DNA of 64,000 bases from a virus (lineage: Duplodnaviria; Heunggongvirae; Uroviricota; Caudoviricetes), in the IMG/VR virus record IMGVR_UViG_3300043444_000502, positions 1 through 64,000 of that record. One strand, written 5' to 3'. The position numbers and the translations under genes are program-made. The notes beneath the pieces were generated by a model. It made no database searches and was not told the DNA's origin. It saw only the letters and a program-made list of their open reading frames with translations. Shown here piece after piece: positions 56,101 to 64,000 of the stretch; position 1 is the first letter of the stretch, and every line of letters starts with the position of its first letter.

Positions 56101-59100
56101 AAGGTTCAGTACAAATTGAAACAGTTGATACTAAACGTTATACAATGCGCGATATCGGCAAATTAGATAAGCGTATTGAAAATTTAGAATATTACACAGC
56201 GCTTTCATTGTTAGAACAAGAAACTAAATCATTAACAATTCAAGATGATGGTGGTTTAGATCGTTATAAAAATGGTTTTATCGTTGACAGTTTTAAAGGT
56301 CAGGATTTAGGCGATGTCGGTTCAGTAGATTATCGTTGTGCTATCGATATGAGCGCTCGAGAATTACGTCCATTCTATACAATGTCAAACGTTAATTTAC
56401 TTGAAGAACATCAAGACGATACAACACGTGCAGCTTCTGCATATGCTTTAACTGGTGATATTATTACATTACCATATACTCATGTAGAATTAATCAAGCA
56501 ACCATTTGCTTCTCGCACTGAAAATGTTAACCCATTTGCTATCTTCACATTCTTAGGTAGCATGAGTTTAAATCCTCCATCTGATGAGTGGTTTGAAGTT
56601 AATCGTCGTCCAGATATTATCAATAATGTTGAAGGTAATTTCTCTGCAGTTCAAACTGCAGCGGAAGCAACTGGAGTATTAGGTACAGTTTGGAACGCGT
56701 GGGAAACTAATTGGGTTGGACAAACACGTAATATCGATAGATTAGTCGTAACACGTGGTTTTGATAGTCGTGATTATGGTCTTGGTGCTGGACGTTGGAT
56801 GGATCGTCGCACATTCACTCAAGCTGAATTAGAAGCTATCGGCGGTGATGCAACATCATTTGGTAATGGTGCTGCTGGTGCACGTGTATTAACATTCCAA
56901 ACACAAGCTACAACAGTTGGCCAATCACGAACTGGTATTTCAACATCTGTAGTACCTAAAATTGATTATCAAGTATTAGAAGATCGTGTATTACAATCTG
57001 CTTTAATTCCTTATATTCGTTCTCGTGAATTATTATTTGTATGTAAAGGTTTAAAACCAAATACAAAACTAAAACCATTCTTCGATGATACAGATATTTC
57101 TCTATTCATTACTCCTGCAACTAAGATTGCGATCACTCCAACTATTAACAATCCAGCTGGCGATGATGGTAATGGTCAAGAATTCTTAACCGATATTAAT
57201 GTTGGTGGTGCAGCAGAAGAATATGCTCGTCAAGTTGATGGTAAAGCAGAAGCTTCATATAATAAAGGTGATGTCGTTTATGTTAAAGAACGTGCTGGAC
57301 AAACATATAGTAACCACGCTATTTCTCCAGCCACAGCAATTGCAGTTTTAACTGAAAAATCGGTTGAATTTAATAATAATACTAATTCATATCCACAAGC
57401 TGTATATGTCTTAAATATTAAAGGCGCATTCCAAAATGGAGACGTAATTAAAGGTTCTATTTCTGGCGCTGAATATACAATCGTTGATGATGTAGTAGTT
57501 AGCATTAAAGCTGGTGATATTGTGACTAACTTCAATGGTTCAGTTGCAGGTGTATTCTCTATTCCTAATAGCGATAGTATCCGTTTCCGTACAGGTATTC
57601 GTGACTTTAAATTGACTGATAGTAACGCTGGTGGTTTAGACTTTACTACTCAAGGTAGAACACAATATCGTGCACAAGGTATTTTAGAAACACGCCAAAA
57701 AACAATTAACGCGGTACGTAATGCTGAAATCGTTTCTAGACCAGTTAGCGAATCTCGCGTAACTGAAGTTTATTCTGATGAGCGTTTAGTACGTGATACT
57801 GGATGGTATGATCCATTAGCGCAAACATTCTTGGTACAATCTAATGGCGGTTCATTCTTAACTAAAGTTGATATTTTCTTTGCAACTAAAGATATTGGTA
57901 TTCCAGTAACTCTTCAAATTCGTGAAGTTATTAATGGATATCCAGGGTCTAAAGTTCTTCCGTTTTCTCGTGTAACATTAACACCAGATAAAGTCAATGT
58001 TGATGAAAGCGGTATGGAAAATGTTGCAACAACATTTAAGTTCGAATCTCCTGTATATCTACAAGATAATACCGAATATTGTATCGTTCTTCTATCAGAT
58101 TCAAACAACTATCGTGTTTGGATTTCACAACTTGGTGAGAAGAATATTGGCACAGATCGCTTTATCTCTGAACAACCATATGCTGGTGTATTGTTTAAAT
58201 CACAAAACGCTTCTACATGGACTGCTAACCAAGAACAAGATTTGAAATTTACAATTTGGGCTGCTGAATTTAATACAGCTTCACAACCAAATATTCTATT
58301 CAACAATGAACCGTTACCTCCTGTAATTTTAGGTGGAGATCCATTCCAAACAACAAATGGTTTATCTAAAGTTAGAGTATTACATCCTAATCATGGTATG
58401 TTAAACAATTCAATGGTTATTATTTCTAACGTTGAAGCTGGTACATACAATGGTATTGTTACAACAGTTCCTACTGTTTCTGAACCATATGGTACAGGAT
58501 TAAATGGTAAATTTACAATTTCTGATGCAGATTTAGATTCTTATATTATTGATGTTGGCACAAATGCTACATTAAGTGGTTTTGTAGGTGGATCATATGT
58601 TGTAGCTACTGAAAACGTTTCATTTGATGCAGTTAATTTAATTGCTCAAGCACAAACATTCTCTGAAACTACATTAGCATTTAGTGTTAATACAACTAAT
58701 GAACAATATAATAAGCAAACTGAAGAAGTTGCTTTAGTTCCTGCTTTAACAACATATTTTACAAATCCAAATGTTGTAGCATCTCAAGTTAACGAAAATG
58801 AATCAAGTTTAGCACAAACTAAATCATTAACATTACACGCTCGTTTAACATCTAAGAATAAAAATGTTTCTCCAGTGATTGATACTTCTCGTCTTTCATT
58901 AACTACTATTAAAAATAGAATTGATAATGAAAATGTGACTACTAAGAATATCGATATTATCGATGATAAAGTAGTATTAGACGCTGTAACAAATGTAACA
59001 TTTAATACATCTAGTCCAAATACAATTACAATTCCAGTTGCTGTTCAACCATATGCTCGTTCTATCAGGGTTGGTAAATATATTACTATCTCTGGAACAA

Positions 59101-59612
59101 CGAATAATAATACAGTTGATCCAATATTAGTAACTGCGGTTGCTGCAGATGGTTCTTCAATTACGATTGAAGGAAAAGATTTTGTAACTGAATCTCCAGC
59201 AAATACTACTATCAAAATGAAAGATAATTTCATTTCTGAAATTGCTCCATCTGGTGGTTCTGCTGCAGCTAAATATTTAACTAGAGTTATTAACTTGGAA
59301 AATCAGTCAACATTCTTAAAGATTATGTTTGCTGCAAATATTCCAGCTGTAACAGGTACTGACGTTGAAGTTTGGTATAAATTATTACCAGCTGGTTCAA
59401 CGACTGACATTAGTCAATTCAACTTTGTTCGTGCAACTGTTCCAGTAAAAGAAATGGTAAAAACATCAAATGCAAATACATTTACTGATGTAGAATTTGA
59501 TTTAACAGATTTACCAGCATATGACGCAGTTGTTGTAAAACTAGTTATGAAATCTGGTAATTCTGCACAAGTACCACGTATTAAAGATTTACGAGTTATT
59601 TGCTGTGCATAA
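53121..59612 (+). CDS. giant virion structural protein (2163 aa), baseplate or fibre component
   Basis: single uninterrupted ORF in the wedge/fibre position; only spurious antisense ORFs overlap. Confidence 0.7.
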   Translation: MSLNIFSQAPYYDDYDENNKYLRVLFRPGVSLQVRELNQLQTYLQSQIERMGLHFFKEGAMVIPGQSSVDLEATYLKLESDTNGVDINTILDDLKGSILVGGTTGVKAKVITASAETNTDPVTLFVRYISSGDDKQTKAFQPGEELSTEYDGLKGSYSSVSGTQRTVQIRLGSGNIGKGAIASVERGIYFTKGQFALVDTQTIILQKYSNTPSCRVGLSIAENIITANTDLYLNDNANGTPNENAPGAHRYQIVLTLSTLDLVSVNDSNFIELIRVDNGTIQSKVIDTEYSILAKTLARRTYDESGHYTVSPFKVSIREHRNNDRGEWSDGTLYALGDIVSSGSNYFIALSAGTSGPISPGTRFDSTDPYQTINDGVLDWNYTENPAFNRGYLSPERGGDEGYVAVAIEPGKAYVQGYEIEKIATEYVKVPKARSFDRINNDAIPVSYGNYIYVTNVHGLPDCSSYPLIELYNQMLPSVNPQTAGTGTKVGTARIRAFEFDSGIPGTTTGVYRAYLFDVAMNPGYSFDRDVKSIFYNTGTTILNIAANVTGVYSSALSGFINVNGTDQVTGNSGANFTTDLKTGDYIIVETDVGNEIRRVTVNNSTSLTTDIPFDGSVSNAVYKRVMTAIQDPGNLPLLFPLAYSFIRRVRGGSTIVNEDGSITSNDNIFATVYTTTQRFDGQTGVGQTSLTIAVGSAINATTLGTEFNPSANKYDYVVVNKTDGVIVTPSDIELQNNGVEALISGLDSSKSYSVFAPVRKSDAAGQEKTKKLQTNQTIDFLNQVDVTPIKLSLKKADGYRIVAIKMADGFGTASSNPDTTTDITNWYTFDNGQRDTHYDVATITRKDGYPVPTGAVRVIFDYFSHSAGTAGDYFTVGSYLADLPYHKIPYYVSSNGVIALSDVLDFRPRIGDIGTLFNGTGASATEVPKIGFETSTSYSYYLPRSDKLALDVDGKFFTVDGVPSLSPEEPKDPNLGMLLAKMHFAAYTTVPEKGSVQIETVDTKRYTMRDIGKLDKRIENLEYYTALSLLEQETKSLTIQDDGGLDRYKNGFIVDSFKGQDLGDVGSVDYRCAIDMSARELRPFYTMSNVNLLEEHQDDTTRAASAYALTGDIITLPYTHVELIKQPFASRTENVNPFAIFTFLGSMSLNPPSDEWFEVNRRPDIINNVEGNFSAVQTAAEATGVLGTVWNAWETNWVGQTRNIDRLVVTRGFDSRDYGLGAGRWMDRRTFTQAELEAIGGDATSFGNGAAGARVLTFQTQATTVGQSRTGISTSVVPKIDYQVLEDRVLQSALIPYIRSRELLFVCKGLKPNTKLKPFFDDTDISLFITPATKIAITPTINNPAGDDGNGQEFLTDINVGGAAEEYARQVDGKAEASYNKGDVVYVKERAGQTYSNHAISPATAIAVLTEKSVEFNNNTNSYPQAVYVLNIKGAFQNGDVIKGSISGAEYTIVDDVVVSIKAGDIVTNFNGSVAGVFSIPNSDSIRFRTGIRDFKLTDSNAGGLDFTTQGRTQYRAQGILETRQKTINAVRNAEIVSRPVSESRVTEVYSDERLVRDTGWYDPLAQTFLVQSNGGSFLTKVDIFFATKDIGIPVTLQIREVINGYPGSKVLPFSRVTLTPDKVNVDESGMENVATTFKFESPVYLQDNTEYCIVLLSDSNNYRVWISQLGEKNIGTDRFISEQPYAGVLFKSQNASTWTANQEQDLKFTIWAAEFNTASQPNILFNNEPLPPVILGGDPFQTTNGLSKVRVLHPNHGMLNNSMVIISNVEAGTYNGIVTTVPTVSEPYGTGLNGKFTISDADLDSYIIDVGTNATLSGFVGGSYVVATENVSFDAVNLIAQAQTFSETTLAFSVNTTNEQYNKQTEEVALVPALTTYFTNPNVVASQVNENESSLAQTKSLTLHARLTSKNKNVSPVIDTSRLSLTTIKNRIDNENVTTKNIDIIDDKVVLDAVTNVTFNTSSPNTITIPVAVQPYARSIRVGKYITISGTTNNNTVDPILVTAVAADGSSITIEGKDFVTESPANTTIKMKDNFISEIAPSGGSAAAKYLTRVINLENQSTFLKIMFAANIPAVTGTDVEVWYKLLPAGSTTDISQFNFVRATVPVKEMVKTSNANTFTDVEFDLTDLPAYDAVVVKLVMKSGNSAQVPRIKDLRVICCA

Positions 59613-59850
59613 TGATAGATTAGTAAAAGTCGAAAATGAAGCGGGTCTCTACAGAGATCCTGCTTCTGGCGCAATCATAAATACAAATGCTTCTGGCTTG
59701 AAAAATTATTTAGAAGCACGTAAACGTATGAATGATTCTAGATCAATTCTAGAGAAACATACTTCTGATATTGATAGTTTAAAGAATGATGTGTCAGAAA
59801 TTAAAAATATGTTAACAATTTTAATACAAAATTCTCAAAAGAGAGACTAA
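59605..59850 (+). CDS. hypothetical small coiled-coil protein
   Basis: ORF track. Confidence 0.4.
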   Translation: MHNDRLVKVENEAGLYRDPASGAIINTNASGLKNYLEARKRMNDSRSILEKHTSDIDSLKNDVSEIKNMLTILIQNSQKRD

Positions 59851-59853
59851 TAA

Positions 59854-60936
59854 ATGGCTATCATTAACGTAATTCAACAAGATACATTCAATACATGGAG
59901 ATTGAAAACTAATGCTATTGGCAATTTAGTTGGTGATGGAGATGTATTAGACACAGCTTCTACAAATTTAGTAGATGCCATTAATGAACTTCGCCTAGAT
60001 GTTGCACTAGGTGGTGTTATTGATACACGTGGAAATGTTTTTAAAGTTCAAGTTGATAATCCAGATTCGTATGAATTATCACTAGATGCAAATGGCAATC
60101 TTACTATTACTGGAACTTTATTTGGTACAGTTGAAGGTAATGTAACTGGTAATGTAACTGGTAATGTAACTGGTAACTTAACTGGTGAAGTAACAGGCAA
60201 TTCTTCAACAGCAACAAAATTAAAAACTCAAAGAACTATTAAAACTACTGGTGATGCAACATGGGAAGTTACATTTGATGGTTCTTCAAATGTTACAGCT
60301 GATATCACACTAGCTAATACAACTGTAACTGCTGGAACAGGTTTTACAAAATTTGATGTAGATTCTAAAGGTAGAATTATTAAAGCTGAAACTATTTTAG
60401 CATCAGATATTCATACTGTTTTAGGCTATACTACACTAAGTACAACTGGAAAAGCTGCAGATTCTGCTAAACTTAATGGCGCAGTCGAAGATGCTGCGGT
60501 TTCATTAAGTACAATTGCTAAACGAGATACAGCTGGTGATCTATGGGCAAATGTTTTTCATGGCACTTCAACATCAGCACGTTATGCTGACTTAGCCGAA
60601 ATTTATTCTACAGATTTAGAATACGCAATTGGTACAGTTATTGTTGCAGCTGTAGGTGGTGAAGTAGATGCTACTCAATCTTGGGAAGCTGGTCAATTAT
60701 CGATTGGTGTAATTTCAGAAAAGCCTGCATATCTAATGAATAAAGACGCCAATGGTCAAGCTGTTGCGCTTAAAGGACGAGTTCCAGTAAGAATTATTGG
60801 ACCTATTAAAAAAGGTCAAAGTATCATGTCTGGTCCAGATGGCACAGCAATTGCAGGTTCTATTAACCCAATTGGAAGTGCACTTAGTACTAATCTAGAA
60901 GTTGGTGAAAAATTAGTGGAGTGTGCTATTATATAA
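59854..60936 (+). CDS. tail fibre-like protein with GNVTG pentapeptide repeats
   Basis: GNVTGNVTGNVTGNLTGEVTGN. Confidence 0.55.
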   Translation: MAIINVIQQDTFNTWRLKTNAIGNLVGDGDVLDTASTNLVDAINELRLDVALGGVIDTRGNVFKVQVDNPDSYELSLDANGNLTITGTLFGTVEGNVTGNVTGNVTGNLTGEVTGNSSTATKLKTQRTIKTTGDATWEVTFDGSSNVTADITLANTTVTAGTGFTKFDVDSKGRIIKAETILASDIHTVLGYTTLSTTGKAADSAKLNGAVEDAAVSLSTIAKRDTAGDLWANVFHGTSTSARYADLAEIYSTDLEYAIGTVIVAAVGGEVDATQSWEAGQLSIGVISEKPAYLMNKDANGQAVALKGRVPVRIIGPIKKGQSIMSGPDGTAIAGSINPIGSALSTNLEVGEKLVECAII

Positions 60937-61431
60937 ATGATTACGCTTGATGAAATTGTTGGATTTATCCACAACCCTTTAGCATATCAACAAAAATTAG
61001 TATCAGTAATAAACAATAAGGGGGAGCAAATCCCCCTTAATTATTTCAATGAATTATATTCATACGATAATGCAACAATTAAGGTTGAAGGATTAGAACG
61101 TTATTCTGAAAATATTTGGAATAAATGCAAAAAATATGCTTTGAAATATAATCATAATGGCCCTATAACGTGTCATGGATTTATCGCTAAGCAAGATTCT
61201 CCATCATTTGGAATGCATATTGATCCAGATGATGTTATCATTTATTGTGTTGAAGGTATAAAAACACTAATTGTAAATAATGACTATATAATATTAAAAG
61301 CCGGTGATGAAATTCATATTCCAGCAAACACCGCACATCAAGCTTTAAATGAATATGCAGCTTTTACTCTAAGCTTTGGATTAGAGAAATATTTGAAAGA
61401 TAAAACCAATGAATTGGATGTTTTACCTTAA
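60937..61431 (+). CDS. cupin/JmjC-like Fe(II) oxygenase
   Basis: HIDPDD ... HIPANTAH double-stranded beta-helix metal site. Confidence 0.55.
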   Translation: MITLDEIVGFIHNPLAYQQKLVSVINNKGEQIPLNYFNELYSYDNATIKVEGLERYSENIWNKCKKYALKYNHNGPITCHGFIAKQDSPSFGMHIDPDDVIIYCVEGIKTLIVNNDYIILKAGDEIHIPANTAHQALNEYAAFTLSFGLEKYLKDKTNELDVLP

Positions 61432-62455
61432 AACTACTGAGACGTGTAATTTAAACTGTAAACATTGTTTTACCAATGGGACAAATGGTCCTAAAATTTA
61501 TTGGGACACATTTAAAGTTATTAATTGGTTATATAGATTTGCAACTCAACATTATAATAAAAATGATAGTGTTCACTGTGAATTTCACGGAGGAGAACCA
61601 TTTTTAGTGCCTCCTCGACAAATGCAGGAAGTTATTGATAAAACGCATTTCTTTTATGACAATATTACGTGGGGAGCAACCACTAATTTAGTTTTTAAAT
61701 TATATGATGAACATATTGATTTGATTAAGCGTTCATTCAATAATAGGATTGCAACTTCTTGGGATCCAAAAATAAGATTTGCAAATAATAAACAATATGA
61801 GTTATGGCATAATAACGTTAAAAAATTATTAGCTGCAGGTATTACTGTAAAATTATTCATAAGCGTAACACAAGATACAATAAATATTGATCCTAAAGTT
61901 ATGCTTAGGTGGATTAGAAGATTAGGTGTTCATGAGGTTAGTTTTGAAAGATTAACACACAATGGATCTGCAAATAAATTTCCAGATATATTTCCAAAAA
62001 ATATAGATCAAGATCAGTGGTTCTTAAAATTATATGAATCCAGTGAAAAACTTGGTGCCAGAGAATGGTTTAAAAACGAGTCTTTAGAAACGATCTATAG
62101 CAAATTTGAAACTGGTTTTACTTCTGGTGGTACATTTTGTAGAGATTGTGAAGAAAAGATTTTTACTATTAATGCTGATGGAACTATAGCTGGTTGTCCA
62201 AATTCAGCTCCAGAACAATCATTTGGACATATAGATGATTCAATAAAAGATCTTATAAATAGACCAATAAGATTAGAAAACATTGCATGTGAACGTAGTA
62301 GAAACCCCGCGTGTTATTCATGCGAAGTATTTGAATATTGCGGAGGTGATTGCCATCAATTGGCATGGCAAGATGACATATGCGGTGCACCAAAAAGCTT
62401 AATGAAACAACTTTCAAATAAGAAAAAAACCATATGGTTAATTAAGGAAATATAA
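61418..62455 (+). CDS. radical SAM enzyme with C-terminal SPASM domain (track start 61409)
   Basis: CNLNCKHCF CxxxCxxC cluster; C-terminal CRDCE...GCPN...CYSCEVFEYCGGDCH auxiliary-cluster motifs. Confidence 0.8.
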   Translation: MFYLKTTETCNLNCKHCFTNGTNGPKIYWDTFKVINWLYRFATQHYNKNDSVHCEFHGGEPFLVPPRQMQEVIDKTHFFYDNITWGATTNLVFKLYDEHIDLIKRSFNNRIATSWDPKIRFANNKQYELWHNNVKKLLAAGITVKLFISVTQDTINIDPKVMLRWIRRLGVHEVSFERLTHNGSANKFPDIFPKNIDQDQWFLKLYESSEKLGAREWFKNESLETIYSKFETGFTSGGTFCRDCEEKIFTINADGTIAGCPNSAPEQSFGHIDDSIKDLINRPIRLENIACERSRNPACYSCEVFEYCGGDCHQLAWQDDICGAPKSLMKQLSNKKKTIWLIKEI

Positions 62456-63030
62456 TGGCAACATTAAACGATCCAATTACCGCACAAAATATTATAGATC
62501 GATTTGCTGACTATGTACAAGCTACTGCTAATAGTGGTATTTCATGGGGAACAAATGCTATACCATCTGAAATTCCATCGTCGTATTTCGGAGGAGATAC
62601 TAGTGGAAAAGGACTTGAAACTGCAGTTATTAATAATGCAGGAATGGTAGTTGATAATACAGTTATTGCAAATAATGTATATGATGCACTTTTAGCTGAA
62701 ACCCGTAGATTTGCTAGAATTAGAAATTTAAGAGCTGTATTAGTAGTTGATGGTGGTGGAGGAAATACTGGTTCTAGACCTTCTCCTGGGGTAGTATATG
62801 ATTCTACAGCAGTTGCACATTTAAATGCTAATTATGATCAAACTTTAGGTTTACCCGATAGAGTTGACATTTATGAAGGCAATTTAATTACCAAAAATGG
62901 TTTAGAACAATTTTTTGATAATTTAAGAACTGAATATAATAGCGCTAGAGCTAATACAGCATATATTGAATATCATGTATGTCATGCATCGTGTCATTCA
63001 TCATGTCATAGTTCTAGAGGAAGAAGATAA
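62455..63030 (+). CDS. hypothetical protein with C-terminal CH-repeat tail (HVCHASCHSSCHSSRGRR)
   Basis: ATGG overlap with the radical-SAM stop; Cys-His triplet repeat. Confidence 0.5.
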   Translation: MATLNDPITAQNIIDRFADYVQATANSGISWGTNAIPSEIPSSYFGGDTSGKGLETAVINNAGMVVDNTVIANNVYDALLAETRRFARIRNLRAVLVVDGGGGNTGSRPSPGVVYDSTAVAHLNANYDQTLGLPDRVDIYEGNLITKNGLEQFFDNLRTEYNSARANTAYIEYHVCHASCHSSCHSSRGRR

Positions 63031-63032
63031 TA

Positions 63033-63698
63033 ATGAATATTGTGAAAACTATCGCGCCAATTTCTATTGAAGATTTGAAAAAATACTTTGTAGATAAATC
63101 TACATTCTATGTAATTGATTATAAAAATTCTACTTTACGCGGTACTAAATTATTAACATATTTGTCAAATTTAGATATACCATGTGATATTGACTATAGT
63201 GAATGCTCGCAACATGACATTGATGCATTATTAGTTGATTATCTAAATACTCAAATGATAGTAAATATTTCATCATTAGAAAAATCAATTACATTATTAT
63301 TGTGTGATTATAAAGATGGACGTATATCTGAATTTGCTGAAAATAATAAAGATATTATTGAGAAGTGGATATCTAAATTGGATAGTTTAACTCTTTATAA
63401 TATGTCTATTGTTTCATGTGAGCAATTTAAAGAATTTACAAATGCATTTTTAAAAGATGATAGCGATAGTTTAATTGGAATTAATTTTATTAGTCTATTG
63501 AAAAATCTAGAATTTTATGCATATTATGATACTCCTATTGATAAAAATAATTTAAAGTATTATAACCATTATTTCAACGATTACATGTTTAAAGGCAAAA
63601 ATTTATTTTCATATTGGGCTAATGAAAATAATCCATTGTTTTTATTGACATATGGAATCTCAGAAGGATTACTAACAAATGTTACACCTGTTCAATAA
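63033..63698 (+). CDS. hypothetical protein
   Basis: ORF track. Confidence 0.45.
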   Translation: MNIVKTIAPISIEDLKKYFVDKSTFYVIDYKNSTLRGTKLLTYLSNLDIPCDIDYSECSQHDIDALLVDYLNTQMIVNISSLEKSITLLLCDYKDGRISEFAENNKDIIEKWISKLDSLTLYNMSIVSCEQFKEFTNAFLKDDSDSLIGINFISLLKNLEFYAYYDTPIDKNNLKYYNHYFNDYMFKGKNLFSYWANENNPLFLLTYGISEGLLTNVTPVQ

Positions 63699-64000
63699 AG
63701 TTTATTTAGAATTTGATGATAAGATCGAAATGAATATCGATCGAGTTATCATATCAGAAAAATATGGTATTCCATTATTGGATGCATTAGATAAAGTCGC
63801 ATATGGTAAATTAATAACATACGGTAAAGACTTTGGAGATATTTTATCTAAGAATGGATTAAATAATTTTGCCGATTTAATTGAAAAATTAAAATTATAT
63901 GGTGATACTAGCGATAAAAAAATAATTGTATATTGTGATAAAGTTTCATATATTCAATTTATTTCAGTGTGGTTAAAAACAATTTGTCCTGAATTAACCG
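63678..64000 (+). CDS. hypothetical protein, 3'-truncated by the window edge
   Basis: open frame from ATG 63678 to the window end. Confidence 0.3.

Noticed and set aside
53121-59674. Antisense and nested ORFs inside the giant structural gene (57278-57535, 57914-58108, 57997-58245, 58109-58306, 59045-59233, 59414-59674)
   Set aside because: Short, embedded in a long uninterrupted sense ORF; typical AT-rich antisense noise.

Overview
AT-rich window of roughly 33% GC, densely packed and mostly transcribed on the + strand, with the organisation of a large T4-like (Tevenvirinae-type) myovirus, probably marine or environmental. Reading from the left end: (1) a ~5.3 kb array of about 25 tRNA genes, hand-folded here, that includes an amber-suppressor-type tRNA (anticodon CTA) and a long-arm tRNA with a TAT anticodon; (2) a block of nine 2OG-Fe(II)-oxygenase superfamily genes, seven of them in direct tandem across three sub-families; (3) a metallophosphoesterase, a PAAR spike-tip protein overlapping a GH19-type lysozyme, and small membrane proteins; (4) a complete circularly permuted (two-piece) tmRNA gene with tag ORF ANNVNANDSAYALAA; (5) a tail-fibre gene with HxH motifs followed by a lysis cassette (GH19 endolysin, lipoprotein, membrane proteins); (6) a minus-strand island encoding secreted and membrane proteins, one with six tandem CPGY Cys repeats; (7) replication genes in T4 synteny (gp33-like?, gp59, gp32); (8) a GC-richer hyperplastic region of small ORFs plus an AAA ATPase that carries a repeated promoter+leader module; (9) a T4-type baseplate module (gp4, gp48/54-family, gp27, lysozyme-less gp5 with a separate GH19 tail lysin, gp25, gp6, gp7-like, gp8, a 2163-aa giant structural protein, tail fibre); (10) at the right end a cassette of JmjC/cupin oxygenase, radical-SAM/SPASM enzyme and a protein ending in CHxSCHSSCHSS. 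Two promoter classes recur throughout: sigma70-like early promoters (T[GT]TACA-N17-TGGTATAAT) and T4-type late promoters (TATAAATA). Rho-independent terminators are listed. Coordinates of hand-folded RNAs are +/-2 nt.
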